DNA of 64,000 nt from Alphaproteobacteria bacterium (lineage in GTDB: Bacteria; Pseudomonadota; Alphaproteobacteria; UBA828), in NCBI GenBank assembly GCA_963667785.2, contig CAXXMU010000001.1, forward strand, positions 352,001-416,000, read 5' to 3'. The translations under genes were made by a program, and so were the position numbers. The notes below the pieces were generated by a model. It made no database searches, was not told the DNA's origin, and worked only from the letters and a program-made list of their open reading frames with translations. Numbering within the stretch: the first letter of the stretch is position 1; each line of letters starts with the position of its first letter. Shown piece after piece: positions 19,329 to 29,243 of the stretch.

Positions 19329-20384
19329 TCAGAGCGCCTGTGCGATGGCCGCGCCGACGTCCGAGGTCGACGCGCTGCCACCGAGATCGGGAGTCAGCGG
19401 GGCGCCGCCGTCCAGCACCCTCTCGATGGCGCCCTCGATGGCCCGCGCGGCATCGGCGTGGCCGAGATGGTCGACCATCATGGCGCCGGTCCAGATCATG
19501 GCCACCGGGTTGGCGATGGCGCGGCCGGCGATGTCCGGCGCGGACCCGTGCACCGGCTCGAACATGGAGGGGAGCTTGCGCTCCGGATTGAGGTTGGCGG
19601 CGGGCGCGAGCCCCATGCCGCCGGCCACCGCGGCGCCGAGGTCGGAGAGGATGTCGCCGAAGAGATTGCTGCCCACCACCACGTCGAACCAGTCGGGATG
19701 GGCCACCAAGTGGGCGCTCAGGATGTCGATGTGGTAGCTCTCGGTCGCGACGTCCGGGTAGTCGGCGGCGATGGCGGCGAAGCGCTCGTCCCAATAGGGC
19801 ATGGTGTGGATGATGCCGTTGGACTTGGTGGCCGAGGTCACCCGGCCTTGCCGCCTGCGCGCGAGCTCGAAGGCATACCGCATCACCCGGTCAACGCCCT
19901 GGCGGGTGAAGACGCTCTCCTGCACCACCGCCTCCTGCTCGGTGCCGGCGTAGATGCGCCCGCCCATCTCCGAGTACTCGCCCTCGTTGTTCTCGCGGAC
20001 GATGACGAAGTCGATGTCGGCGGGGCTGCGGTCCGCGAGCGGCGTGGAGACCCCCTTGAGCAGCTTGATCGGCCGCAGGTTGACGTATTGCCGGAAGGCC
20101 CGGCGCAGCGGGATCAGGAGGCCCCACAGCGAGACGTGGTCCGGCACGCCGGGAAAGCCCACCGCGCCCAGCAGGATCGCGTCGAACGGGCGCAGCACCT
20201 CCATGCCGTCCTCCGGCATCATCCGGCCGGTTTTGCCGTAGGTCTCGCAGCTCCAGTCGAAGTGCTGCCAGTCGAAGCCGATGTCGAAGCGCCGGCCAGC
20301 GGCCTCCAGCACCCGCATGGCCTCGGGCATGACCTCCTTGCCGATGCCGTCGCCGGGAATCACCGCGATCCGATAATGCGCCAT
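19329..20384 (-). CDS. Tartrate dehydrogenase / D-malate dehydrogenase (decarboxylating)
   Basis: [61 protein letters not shown]. Confidence 0.9.
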   Translation of the reverse strand: MAHYRIAVIPGDGIGKEVMPEAMRVLEAAGRRFDIGFDWQHFDWSCETYGKTGRMMPEDGMEVLRPFDAILLGAVGFPGVPDHVSLWGLLIPLRRAFRQYVNLRPIKLLKGVSTPLADRSPADIDFVIVRENNEGEYSEMGGRIYAGTEQEAVVQESVFTRQGVDRVMRYAFELARRRQGRVTSATKSNGIIHTMPYWDERFAAIAADYPDVATESYHIDILSAHLVAHPDWFDVVVGSNLFGDILSDLGAAVAGGMGLAPAANLNPERKLPSMFEPVHGSAPDIAGRAIANPVAMIWTGAMMVDHLGHADAARAIEGAIERVLDGGAPLTPDLGGSASTSDVGAAIAQAL

Positions 20385-20492
20385 GGGCTGGGCCTCCGCT
20401 CGCCGGCGGTCGACCCTGGCCGGCGCCGGCATGCTAGCCGAAACGCCCCGGCCCGGCGAGAGCGAGCGCGGGGAAGGGCCGCGACACGGCAT

Positions 20493-20521
20493 TTGACTCT
20501 GGCGCGGGCGCGGTGGTAATC
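20493..20521 (+). promoter_or_regulatory. Putative sigma70 promoter of the rpsM operon
   Basis: TTGACT-N17-GTAATC about 65 nt upstream of rpsM. Confidence 0.5.
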
Positions 20522-20586
20522 AGTCGCGTCCAAGGCGCGCGGCGCGGGTATCGGCGCGCGCCTTTCCCCCATGCGGAGGCTGCAAC

Positions 20587-20955
20587 GTGGCGCGCATCGC
20601 CGGCGTCAACATCCCGACCAACAAGCGGGTCGAGATCGCGTTGACCTACATCCACGGTATCGGGCGTACCAAGGCCCGGCAAATCCGCGAAACGGTCGGC
20701 CTGCCGGCCGAGAAGCGGGTGAGCCAGCTGAGCGACGCCGAGGTCATCCGCATCCGCGAGGTGATCGACCAGAGCTATGTGGTCGAGGGCGACCTCCGCC
20801 GCGACGTCGCGATGAACATCAAGCGGCTGATGGATCTCGGCACCTATCGCGGGCTCAGGCACAGGCGGGGGCTGCCGGTGCGCGGCCAGCGCACCCACAC
20901 CAACGCACGCACGCGCAAGGGCCCGGCCCGGCCGATCGCGGGCAGGAAGAAGTAA
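20587..20955 (+). CDS. rpsM: 30S ribosomal protein S13
   Basis: [41 protein letters not shown]. Confidence 0.98.
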   Translation: MARIAGVNIPTNKRVEIALTYIHGIGRTKARQIRETVGLPAEKRVSQLSDAEVIRIREVIDQSYVVEGDLRRDVAMNIKRLMDLGTYRGLRHRRGLPVRGQRTHTNARTRKGPARPIAGRKK

Positions 20956-20967
20956 GGGGCAGCGAGT

Positions 20968-21354
20968 ATGGCGAAGCCGACGCGCACGCGGCGCCGCGAA
21001 CGGAAGAACATCTCCTCCGGCATCGCCCATGTCAGCGCCACCTTCAACAGCACGATGATCACCATCACCGACGTCCAGGGCAATGCGATCGCTTGGTCGT
21101 CCGCCGGCAGCATGGGCTTTCGCGGCTCGCGCAAGTCGACCCCCTACGCCGCCCAGATGGCGGCCGAGGAGGCCGGCCGCAAGGCTGCCGAGCACGGCGT
21201 CAAGTCGCTCGAAGTCGAGGTCAAGGGTCCCGGGTCCGGGCGCGAATCGGCGCTGCGGGCGCTGCAGAGCGCGGGCTTCGTGATCACCGCGATCCGCGAC
21301 GTGACTCCGATCCCTCACAATGGATGCCGGCCGCCCAAGCGGCGGCGCGTCTGA
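20968..21354 (+). CDS. rpsK: 30S ribosomal protein S11
   Basis: [40 protein letters not shown]. Confidence 0.98.
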   Translation: MAKPTRTRRRERKNISSGIAHVSATFNSTMITITDVQGNAIAWSSAGSMGFRGSRKSTPYAAQMAAEEAGRKAAEHGVKSLEVEVKGPGSGRESALRALQSAGFVITAIRDVTPIPHNGCRPPKRRRV

Positions 21355-21436
21355 CGGCACCGTTCCGGCGCGCGGCCGCGCGCCACATCGCTCATCCGGC
21401 GGGCGAGCAACCCATCACACGGGGACAGTCTGCGTC

Positions 21437-22450
21437 ATGAAGAAGAACTGGCAGGAACTCATCAAGCCGTCCCAGCTTGAGGTGACGCCCGAGGGCGATG
21501 GCTCCCGCCATGCCCGCATCATCGCCGAGCCGCTCGAGCGCGGCTACGGCATGACGCTCGGCAACGCGCTCCGGCGCATCCTGCTGTCGTCGCTCCAGGG
21601 TGCCGCGGTCACGTCGATGCAGATCAACGGCGTGCTGCACGAGTTCTCCTCGCTCCAGGGTGTGCGCGAGGACCTCACCGACATCGTGCTCAACATCAAG
21701 CTGCTCGCGCTGCGCATGCACGGCGAGGGGGCCAGGCGGATGACGCTCACCGCGAGCGGTCCGGGCGAGGTGACGGCGGGGCAGATCCAGGCCGGCCACG
21801 GCATCCAGATCGTCGACCCGAACGTGGTGATCTGCACCCTCGACGAGAACGCCAAGATCGACATGGAGTTCACGGTCGAGACCGGCAAGGGCTACGTCCC
21901 CGCCGCGCAGAACCGGCCCGAGGATGCGCCGATCGGGCTGATCCCGGTGGATGCCCTCTACAGCCCGGTGCGGAAGGTCGCCTACAAGGTGGAAAACACC
22001 CGCGTCGGCCAGCGCACCGACTACGACAAGCTGACCATGCGGGTCGAGACCAACGGCACCGTCTCGCCCGAGGATGCGATCGCGCTCGCCGCCCGTATCC
22101 TCCAGGACCAGCTCCAGCTCTTCATCAACTTCGAGGAGCCGCGCGAGCTGCCGCGCCCGGAAGAGACGGTCGAGCCCGAGTTCAACCCCAACCTGCTGCG
22201 CAAGGTCGACGAGCTCGAGCTGTCGGTCCGCTCGGCCAACTGCCTCAAGAACGACAACATCATCTATATCGGCGACCTGGTGCAGCACACCGAAGCGGAA
22301 ATGCTGCGGACGCCCAATTTCGGACGCAAGTCGCTCAACGAGATCAAGGACGTGCTCGCAGGCATGGGCCTCTATCTCGGCATGGAGCTCACCGACTGGC
22401 CGCCCGAGAACATCGAGGAGCTGGCCAAGAGGCTGGACGAGCCCTACTGA
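21437..22450 (+). CDS. rpoA: RNA polymerase alpha subunit
   Basis: [44 protein letters not shown]. Confidence 0.98.
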   Translation: MKKNWQELIKPSQLEVTPEGDGSRHARIIAEPLERGYGMTLGNALRRILLSSLQGAAVTSMQINGVLHEFSSLQGVREDLTDIVLNIKLLALRMHGEGARRMTLTASGPGEVTAGQIQAGHGIQIVDPNVVICTLDENAKIDMEFTVETGKGYVPAAQNRPEDAPIGLIPVDALYSPVRKVAYKVENTRVGQRTDYDKLTMRVETNGTVSPEDAIALAARILQDQLQLFINFEEPRELPRPEETVEPEFNPNLLRKVDELELSVRSANCLKNDNIIYIGDLVQHTEAEMLRTPNFGRKSLNEIKDVLAGMGLYLGMELTDWPPENIEELAKRLDEPY

Positions 22451-22490
22451 GCGCCGAGCCGGCCCAGCGCACACCGCAGGGAGAGAAGCC

Positions 22491-22925
22491 ATGCGCCATC
22501 GCCATGGCCGCCGCAAGCTGAACCGCACATCGAGCCACCGCCGCGCGATGTTCCGCAACATGGCGACGGCGCTGCTCAAGCACGAGCAGATCGAGACCAC
22601 GCTGCCCAAGGCGAAGGAGCTGCGCGGCGTCGTCGAGCGCATGATCACCCTCGGCAAGCGCGGCACCCTGCATGCGCGCCGGCAGGCGCTCGGCTATCTC
22701 GAGGACGACGCCGTCGTCCGCAAGCTCTTCGACACCCTCGGCCCCCGTTATGCCGAGCGGCCCGGCGGCTACACCCGCGTGCTCAAGGCCGGCTTCCGCT
22801 ACGGCGACGCAGCACCGATGGCGATCATCGAGCTGGTCGACCGGGACGAGGACGAGAAGGGCAAGGATTCGGGCCCCGTGCCGGGCGACGACGAGGAAGA
22901 GATCGAGGAGGAAGAGGCCGCCTGA
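22491..22925 (+). CDS. rplQ: 50S ribosomal protein L17
   Basis: [41 protein letters not shown]. Confidence 0.98.
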   Translation: MRHRHGRRKLNRTSSHRRAMFRNMATALLKHEQIETTLPKAKELRGVVERMITLGKRGTLHARRQALGYLEDDAVVRKLFDTLGPRYAERPGGYTRVLKAGFRYGDAAPMAIIELVDRDEDEKGKDSGPVPGDDEEEIEEEEAA

Positions 22926-22970
22926 GCGGCCCGGTCTCCGTCACGCAGCCGACAACGGGCGACCCCCGGC

Positions 22971-23603
22971 TCAGGTCGGGAATACCTCTCTCAACTCGGC
23001 GACCTGATCCTCCGTAAGCAGCCGCACCGGCGCGCCGCGCAGCAGCAGGTGCAGCTTCGCCGTCTCCTCCAGCTCCTCGGCGGCGTAGACCGCCGCATCC
23101 AGCGCCTTGCCTGCTACCACCGGGCCGTGATTGGCCAGCAGCACCGCGTGATGGGTGCGTGCCATGCCCTCCACGGCGCCGGCCAGCGCGCAATCGCCCG
23201 GCCGGTAGTAGGGGATCAGCGGCAGCCGGCCCACGCGCATCACGTAGTAGGCGGTGAGCGGCGGCAGCACGTCGGCGGGGTCCACGTCGGCGAGGCAGGA
23301 GACGGCGACCGAGCAGGTGCTGTGCAGATGCACGATGGCCCGCGCCTCCGGCCGCGCCCGATACATGGCGAGGTGGAGGAAGGCCTCCTTGGACGGCGCG
23401 TCGCCCGAGAGATGGCTGCCGTCCGGCCCCAGCTTCGCGATGCGCGCGGGCTCCAGCCGGCCGAGGCACGAGTTGGTCGGCGTGACCAGCATGCCGTCCT
23501 CCAGCAGCGCGCTGATGTTCCCCGACGCGCCGCAGCCATAGCCGCGGGTGAAGAGGGATTCACCGTGGCGGGCGATCTGCTCGCGCAGCGCGGCTTCGCT
23601 CAT
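22971..23603 (-). CDS. otnC: 3-oxo-tetronate 4-phosphate decarboxylase (class II aldolase family)
   Basis: GNISA, TPTNSCLG, PSKEAFLH, VHLHS, LTAYYVMRVG, LLANHGPVV; downstream of otnK. Confidence 0.85.
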   Translation of the reverse strand: MSEAALREQIARHGESLFTRGYGCGASGNISALLEDGMLVTPTNSCLGRLEPARIAKLGPDGSHLSGDAPSKEAFLHLAMYRARPEARAIVHLHSTCSVAVSCLADVDPADVLPPLTAYYVMRVGRLPLIPYYRPGDCALAGAVEGMARTHHAVLLANHGPVVAGKALDAAVYAAEELEETAKLHLLLRGAPVRLLTEDQVAELREVFPT

Positions 23604-24898
23604 GGCAGGACGGCGAAGGCCCTGGTGAAGAAGTCGGGCCCGCCGAAGTTGCCCGATTTCAGCGCGAGGTGCAGCCTGGGGCGGCCGACGCTCATGGTCC
23701 ACGGCACGCCCGGGTCGATCTCGGCTCCGATGCGGAGCGCCCGGAGGCCCAAGGCGCCCACCACCGCGCCGGCCGTCTCGCCGCCGGCCACCACCAGGCG
23801 GCCGACGCCGGCATCGACCAGGCCGTGCGCGATGCGCGCGAGGCAGCGCTCGATCATCGCGCCGGCCCTCTCGGCCCCGAGCCTCTTCTGGATGCGCCGC
23901 ACCCGTGCCGGGGCGGCGCTCGCGTAGATCAGCACCGGGTCGTCGCCGAGCCGGGGCACGGCCCAGGCGAGCGCGTCTGCCGCGACGCGCCGGCGCCCGG
24001 CGAGCGCGTCGGCATCGACGAAGAAGGAGGGGCACGACGCGCCCATGTGCTCGATCTGCCCAAGCGTCGCCGGAGAGCAGCTGCCGGCGATTACCGCCGC
24101 AAGGCCCGAGGCGGGCGGCAGCGCCGCCGCCTGCCCGGCCTCTCCGAGCAGGCCGCTCTCCCGAAAATTCGCCGGCAGGCCCAGGGCGACGCCGGAGCCG
24201 CCGGTGACGAGCGGCAGGCGGGCCGCAGCCTTGCCGATCGCCGCGAGGTCGCGGTCGGCGATGGCGTCGACCACGGCATGGCGCACGCCGCCCTCGCGCA
24301 GCGCATCGAGCGACCGCCCGATGGCGCGGGCGCCCCGACGCACGGTCTCGTGCCCGACCAGACCCACCGGATGGGGCGTCTGGGCACCGAGAACCGCCAC
24401 GAGATCGGAGTTGCGCATCGGGGTGAGTGGGTGGTCGCGCATGCCCGAGTTCTCGAGCAGCACGTCGCCGACGAAGAGGTGGCCCTTGTAGACCGTCCGC
24501 CCGTTGGTGGGGAAAGCGGGGCAGGCGATGGCGAGAGCGCCGCCGAGATCGTCGAGCAGCGCGTCCGCGACCGGCCCGATGTTGCCGCGCGGCGTCGAAT
24601 CGAAGGTCGAGCAGTACTTGAAGAAGATCTGGCGCGCCCCGCCCTGCCGCAGCCAGGCCAGCGCCGAGCGGGACTCGCGCACGGCCCTCGCAGGCGGCAC
24701 CGTGCGCGACTTGAGTGCCACGACCACCGCGTCGGCGTCGGGAACGGCGGTATCGGCGCGGGGGACGCCGATCACCTGGACCGTCCGCATGCCGCCGGCA
24801 ACCAGCGTGTTGCAGAGGTCGGTGGCGCCGGTGAGGTCGTCGGCGATGGCACCGAGCAGGAGCCCCGATCCGCGCTCCTTCCCGCCGCGCCGCGCCAT
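23600..24898 (-). CDS. otnK: 3-oxo-tetronate kinase (four-carbon acid sugar kinase family)
   Basis: GAIADDLTGATD, ALKSRT, FKYCSTFDST..GNIGP, AGGETAG, LKSGNFG. Confidence 0.88.
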   Translation of the reverse strand: MARRGGKERGSGLLLGAIADDLTGATDLCNTLVAGGMRTVQVIGVPRADTAVPDADAVVVALKSRTVPPARAVRESRSALAWLRQGGARQIFFKYCSTFDSTPRGNIGPVADALLDDLGGALAIACPAFPTNGRTVYKGHLFVGDVLLENSGMRDHPLTPMRNSDLVAVLGAQTPHPVGLVGHETVRRGARAIGRSLDALREGGVRHAVVDAIADRDLAAIGKAAARLPLVTGGSGVALGLPANFRESGLLGEAGQAAALPPASGLAAVIAGSCSPATLGQIEHMGASCPSFFVDADALAGRRRVAADALAWAVPRLGDDPVLIYASAAPARVRRIQKRLGAERAGAMIERCLARIAHGLVDAGVGRLVVAGGETAGAVVGALGLRALRIGAEIDPGVPWTMSVGRPRLHLALKSGNFGGPDFFTRAFAVLP

Positions 24899-24903
24899 GG
24901 TCC

Positions 24904-26118
24904 TCAGGCGAAGGCCTGAATGCCGGTCTGCGCCCGCCCGAGGATCAGGGCGTGGACGTCGTGCGTGCCCTCGTAGGTGTTGACCGACTCGAGGTTCATG
25001 ACGTGGCGGATCACGTGGAACTCGTCGCTGATGCCGTTGCCGCCGTGCATGTCGCGGGCGGTGCGCGCGATCTCGAGCGCCTTGCCGCAGGAGTTGCGCT
25101 TGATCAGCGAGATCATCTCGGGCGTCGCCCGGCCCTCGTCGAAGAGCCGGCCGACGCGGAGACAGGCCTGCAGGCCGATGGCGATCTCGGTCTGCATGTC
25201 GGCGAGCTTCTTCTGGATGAGCTGGGTGGCCGCGAGCGGCCGGCCGAACTGCTTGCGGTCCAGCGTGTAGTCGCGGGCGGCCCGCCAGCAGAACTCGGCG
25301 GCGCCGAGTGCACCCCAGCCTATGCCGTAGCGTGCCCGGTTGAGGCAGCGGAAGGGGCCCGAGAGCCCGCTCGCGCCGGGCAGCTCGTTCTCCGCCGGCA
25401 CGAACACCTCGTCCATCTGGATCATGCCGGTGACCGAGGCGCGCAGCGAGAACTTGCCCTCGATCTTGGGCGCCGCCAGCCCCTTCATGCCCTTCTCGAG
25501 CAGATAGCCCCGGATCGTGCCCTCGTCGTTCTTCGCCCAGACGAGGAACACGTCGGCGAGCGGCGAGTTGGAGATCCAGTTCTTCGCGCCCGAGAGGAGG
25601 AAGCCGCCGTCGACCGAGCGGGCGCGCGTCGTCATGCTGCCGGGGTCGGAGCCGGAATCCGGCTCGGTCAGCCCGAAGCAGCCGACCGCCTCGCCGGCAG
25701 CCAGCCGCGGCAGCCAGGTCTCCTTCTGCGCCTCGGTGCCGTAGGCGTCGATCGGATACATCACCAGGCTGGACTGCACGCTCATCGCCGAGCGGTAGCC
25801 GGAATCCACCGCCTCGATCTCGCGCGCGGCAAGGCCGTAGCAGACGTAGCTGACGCCCGCGCAGCCATGGCCGCGGATGGTGGAGCCCAGCAGGCCGAGG
25901 GCGCCCATCTCGTTCATGATCTCGCGGTCGAAGCGCTCGTGCCGGTTCGCCTCGATGACGCGCGGCATCAGCTTCTCGCGGGCGTAGGCGCGGGCGGTCT
26001 CGCGCACCAGGCGCTCGTCCTCGCCGAGTTGGTCGTCGAGCAGGAACGGATCGTCCCACTGGAAGACCGGCTTCGTGCGGGGCGGAGCGGCCTTGGCGGC
26101 CGCGGCGGTTTGGCCCAT
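24904..26118 (-). CDS. gcdH: Glutaryl-CoA dehydrogenase
   Basis: [63 protein letters not shown]. Confidence 0.92.
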   Translation of the reverse strand: MGQTAAAAKAAPPRTKPVFQWDDPFLLDDQLGEDERLVRETARAYAREKLMPRVIEANRHERFDREIMNEMGALGLLGSTIRGHGCAGVSYVCYGLAAREIEAVDSGYRSAMSVQSSLVMYPIDAYGTEAQKETWLPRLAAGEAVGCFGLTEPDSGSDPGSMTTRARSVDGGFLLSGAKNWISNSPLADVFLVWAKNDEGTIRGYLLEKGMKGLAAPKIEGKFSLRASVTGMIQMDEVFVPAENELPGASGLSGPFRCLNRARYGIGWGALGAAEFCWRAARDYTLDRKQFGRPLAATQLIQKKLADMQTEIAIGLQACLRVGRLFDEGRATPEMISLIKRNSCGKALEIARTARDMHGGNGISDEFHVIRHVMNLESVNTYEGTHDVHALILGRAQTGIQAFA

Positions 26119-26219
26119 GCTTCCCTCCCGAGCGATGCGCCGTTCTAGCATTCGGGCCGAGGCGCACCAAGGCCGCCCCGCGCCGCTGCCACAACCGCGA
26201 TCCGAGAGAGGCGCCACCG

Positions 26220-27161
26220 ATGCCCGTCGATCCGCGCGCTGCGGAGAAGCCCGTCGCCGACGTCCTCCCGAGCCCGGTCACCATCGCGATGCTCTTCGCC
26301 CTCGGGCTCTCGTTCGCGCTGGCGATATCCCTCAACCGCTTCGCGGCGGACGGCGGCGTGCCCTTCCTGCCCTACGTGTTCTGGCAGTCGTTCGGCGGGG
26401 GTGTCGCGCTCATGCTCGTGGCCGCCGCCCTGCGCCGCCTGCCGCCGATCGACCTCCCCCATGTCCGCATCTTTCTCTCGACCGGGGCGCTCAACCTCTC
26501 CTTCCCCTACATGCTGCTCGCCTATCTCGCGCCGAAGGTGCCGGCGAGCCTGCTCACGCTCGGGCTCGCGCTGGTGCCGGTGATGATCTATGCGCTGGCG
26601 CTGACGCTCCGGCAGGAGCGGTTCCACACCCTTCGCTTCGGCGGCATTCTGCTGGGGCTGGCCGGCATCCTTCTGGTGCTGGTGCCGCAGGCGAGCCTGC
26701 CGGCGCCCGGCATGGCCGGCTGGGTGGCGCTCGGCCTGGTGCCGTCGCTCTCCTATGCGGTCAACGCGGTGCTGGTCGCGCGCTGGCGGCCGCAGCAGAC
26801 GGGCTCGCTGCCACTCGCCGGCGGCCTGATGCTGGCGTCTGCCGGCTACGTCCTCATCGTGATGGCCGCAAGCGGGGAGTGGTGGGCCTTCGGCGGCGCC
26901 TTCGGGATCGGCCACTGGGCCACCATCGGCGCGATGGCCAACAACTGCGTGTCGTTCTATCTGGTGTTCGAGGTGATCAGGCGCGCCGGCCCGGTGATCT
27001 TCTCGACCGTCAACTACGTGGCCACGCTCTCGGGCATGGGGTTCGGCATGTGGTTCTTCGGCGATGCCCCGTCGGCGTGGATCTGGGGTGCGGTCGTGCT
27101 GATGTTCGCCGGGCTCTTCCTCGTCACCACCACCGGCCGCAGGGATGGTGCGACGCGCTAG
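26220..27161 (+). CDS. DMT/EamA family transporter
   Basis: About 10 hydrophobic helices in two EamA-like halves. Confidence 0.85.
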   Translation: MPVDPRAAEKPVADVLPSPVTIAMLFALGLSFALAISLNRFAADGGVPFLPYVFWQSFGGGVALMLVAAALRRLPPIDLPHVRIFLSTGALNLSFPYMLLAYLAPKVPASLLTLGLALVPVMIYALALTLRQERFHTLRFGGILLGLAGILLVLVPQASLPAPGMAGWVALGLVPSLSYAVNAVLVARWRPQQTGSLPLAGGLMLASAGYVLIVMAASGEWWAFGGAFGIGHWATIGAMANNCVSFYLVFEVIRRAGPVIFSTVNYVATLSGMGFGMWFFGDAPSAWIWGAVVLMFAGLFLVTTTGRRDGATR

Positions 27162-27167
27162 CGCGGC

Positions 27168-27659
27168 TCAGCCGACGCCGCCTCCGGCGGATGACGCGCC
27201 TTCGCTGCCGGAGGCGGAGGTGCCGCCTTCTGCGGTGTCGCCCCGTCTCCGCTTCTGGCCGAGGCCGATCTGCTTCGCGAATTCCGAGCGCCGTCGCGCG
27301 TAGTTGGGCGCGACCATCGGGTAGTCGGGGTCGAGCCCCCATTTCGCCCGGTATTCGTCAGGGGTCATGCCGTAGGTCGTGCGCAGATGCCGCTTCAGCA
27401 TCTTCAGCTCGCGGCCGTCCTCGAGGCAGATCAGGTAGTCCGGCGTGATCGACTTCTTGATCGGCACGGCGGGCTTCGGCGGCGGCGCGGCGGCGGCCTC
27501 GCCGGCCTGCGCCTGCCGCAAGGACGCATGAACAGTACGAATGACTTCCGCAAGCTCCGTAGGGGCCACTGTATTATTGCCGACATAGGCCGTCACGACA
27601 TCGGCAGTCATACGTAACAGATCATGGTCAGAGATCGGCGCTTCTGTCTGGTTACTCAT
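27168..27659 (-). CDS. mucR: MucR/Ros family transcriptional regulator
   Basis: PAVPIKKSITPDYLICLEDG..LKMLKRHL..YGMTPDEYRAKWGL..DYPMVAPNY. Confidence 0.93.
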   Translation of the reverse strand: MSNQTEAPISDHDLLRMTADVVTAYVGNNTVAPTELAEVIRTVHASLRQAQAGEAAAAPPPKPAVPIKKSITPDYLICLEDGRELKMLKRHLRTTYGMTPDEYRAKWGLDPDYPMVAPNYARRRSEFAKQIGLGQKRRRGDTAEGGTSASGSEGASSAGGGVG

Positions 27660-27698
27660 TTCAGTTGCTTTATCGTTGACGAGTAGATAGTTGACCTA

Positions 27699-27729
27699 AC
27701 TATATCGGTGAAACGACAAGAAATGTCAA
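27699..27729 (-). promoter_or_regulatory. Putative mucR promoter in an AT-rich intergenic region
   Basis: TTGACA followed 17-19 nt later by GATATAGT on the minus strand. Confidence 0.45.
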
Positions 27730-27797
27730 ACGCTACCTTTCATCTCTAGTCTTCAATACAGTCAACGGACCGTCCCCACCGCTCCGGAGTTCCCGCC

Positions 27798-29201
27798 ATG
27801 ATGCACGTGCCCGCGACCCGGGATGCGCCCGCCTTCGAGGCGCTCTATGCCCAGGTGCGCGAGAGTCTCGACCCCGGCGCCGCCGATATCCCGGTCGACC
27901 GGCTCATGCAGGTCTTCCGCCGCCTCTCCGACCTCCACGACAGCGATGTGAACAGCCCGCTCAACATGGGCTACTACTGTATCGACGCGGATGCGGCGTC
28001 CATCGCCGCCATGGACGAGACCAACCGCCGCGGTGCGAACGTCGCGGTCAGGGGCCAGCACCCGGCGTCCGCCGCCTTCGAGCAGTACGCCGTCGACCTG
28101 ATCCTCGACACCTTCGGCATCGATAAAGCGAGCGGGGCCGGCCACTTCACCTCCTGCGGCACCGAGGCGAATCTGACCGCCATGATCGTCGCGCTGACCG
28201 ACAGGCTCTCGCACCGCAACCCGCGCTGCCGCGCCTACGATGCCGCGCTCTGCACCGACGAGACGGGCCGCGAGGAGGCTTACGAGTACTGGCGCCACGG
28301 CGCCATGCCGCTCGGCGTACGGCCCGCTCTCTATGTCTCGCCCCAGACGCACGTCTCGATCACGAAGAACGCCCGCAGCCTGATCGGCACGGCCTCGGTG
28401 CGTACCGTGCCGGTGGACCGGGACTTGCGCATGGACACGGGCGCGCTCGCCGACGCGATGGCGGCGGACGCGGCTTCGGGCGCCTTCCTGCCCTTCCTCG
28501 TCATCGGCTCGGTGGGCGCCACGCCGTCCGGGATCGTCGATCCGCTCGCCGAGATCGGCGAGGTCTGCCACCGGCACGGTGCCTGGTTCCACGTCGATGC
28601 GCCCTGGGGCGGGATCGCGGCCTTCTCGCCCGGCCTGCGCGATGCCTGCCTCGCCGGCCTCGACGCGGCGGATTCGCTCATATTCGACCCTCACAAGACG
28701 CTGGTGCCGCTCGGAGCGGGGGGCTGCGGCATGTTTCTCTGCCGCCATCGCGAGGCGGTGGAGCGCGCCTTCAACGTCGCGGGCCGGCCGGTTGCGCGCC
28801 AGGAATTCGCCTATCTCTCGCTCCAGGGCTCCCGCGCCAACGCAGGGCTCAGGGTGCTCACGGCGGTCCTCCGGCCGGCGGCGCTGGCGCGGAGGATCGA
28901 ACGGGAAGCGGCGCTCGGCGATACGTTGCGCCGTTTGCTGACGGAGGCGGGGTGGGAGATCGTGAACCGGTCGCCGCTGCCGGTCGTCTGCGCCGTTCAC
29001 CCGTCGATGCGCGCGGGCGCGTTCGATGCGGCCGACGCCGTCGGGCACCTGAGAGGGGAGGGCGTCCTCGCCTGGCCGGAAGCGCTCAGGCCCGGCGAGC
29101 CCGAGGCCGTCCGCCTCGGGATCATCAGCCGCAGGACGACGGAGGAATCGATCCGCTTCGTCGTCGACCGCCTGTCGGACTTCGCCGCCGAGCGCAGCTA
29201 G
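27798..29201 (+). CDS. Group II PLP-dependent amino acid decarboxylase
   Basis: GHFTSCGTEANLTAM, HVSITK, GATPSGIVDPL, WFHVDAPWGG, DSLIFDPHK (PLP lysine). Confidence 0.85.
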   Translation: MMHVPATRDAPAFEALYAQVRESLDPGAADIPVDRLMQVFRRLSDLHDSDVNSPLNMGYYCIDADAASIAAMDETNRRGANVAVRGQHPASAAFEQYAVDLILDTFGIDKASGAGHFTSCGTEANLTAMIVALTDRLSHRNPRCRAYDAALCTDETGREEAYEYWRHGAMPLGVRPALYVSPQTHVSITKNARSLIGTASVRTVPVDRDLRMDTGALADAMAADAASGAFLPFLVIGSVGATPSGIVDPLAEIGEVCHRHGAWFHVDAPWGGIAAFSPGLRDACLAGLDAADSLIFDPHKTLVPLGAGGCGMFLCRHREAVERAFNVAGRPVARQEFAYLSLQGSRANAGLRVLTAVLRPAALARRIEREAALGDTLRRLLTEAGWEIVNRSPLPVVCAVHPSMRAGAFDAADAVGHLRGEGVLAWPEALRPGEPEAVRLGIISRRTTEESIRFVVDRLSDFAAERS

Positions 29202-29243
29202 ACCGCGTCCGTCGCCTAAGCCGCGAGCCGGGCGAGAAGTCCC

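Noticed and set aside
17743-19794. 683-aa extended MiaB
   Set aside because: The extension overlaps tartrate dehydrogenase out of frame; the conserved MiaB start is GTG 19173
21354-21437. rpsD missing between rpsK and rpoA
   Set aside because: Normal for Alphaproteobacteria
23600-26335. 911-aa ORF suggesting an N-terminally extended OtnK
   Set aside because: The first half is an off-frame overlay of gcdH; the real otnK starts at 24898
27710-27722. 12-mer tcttgtcgtttc shared by the mucR promoter (minus strand) and the island leaders
   Set aside because: Too short to separate from chance without a genome-wide count
27540-27770. AT-rich patch as foreign DNA
   Set aside because: It is the mucR 5' end and divergent promoter; AT-rich autoregulatory regions are expected for MucR/Ros
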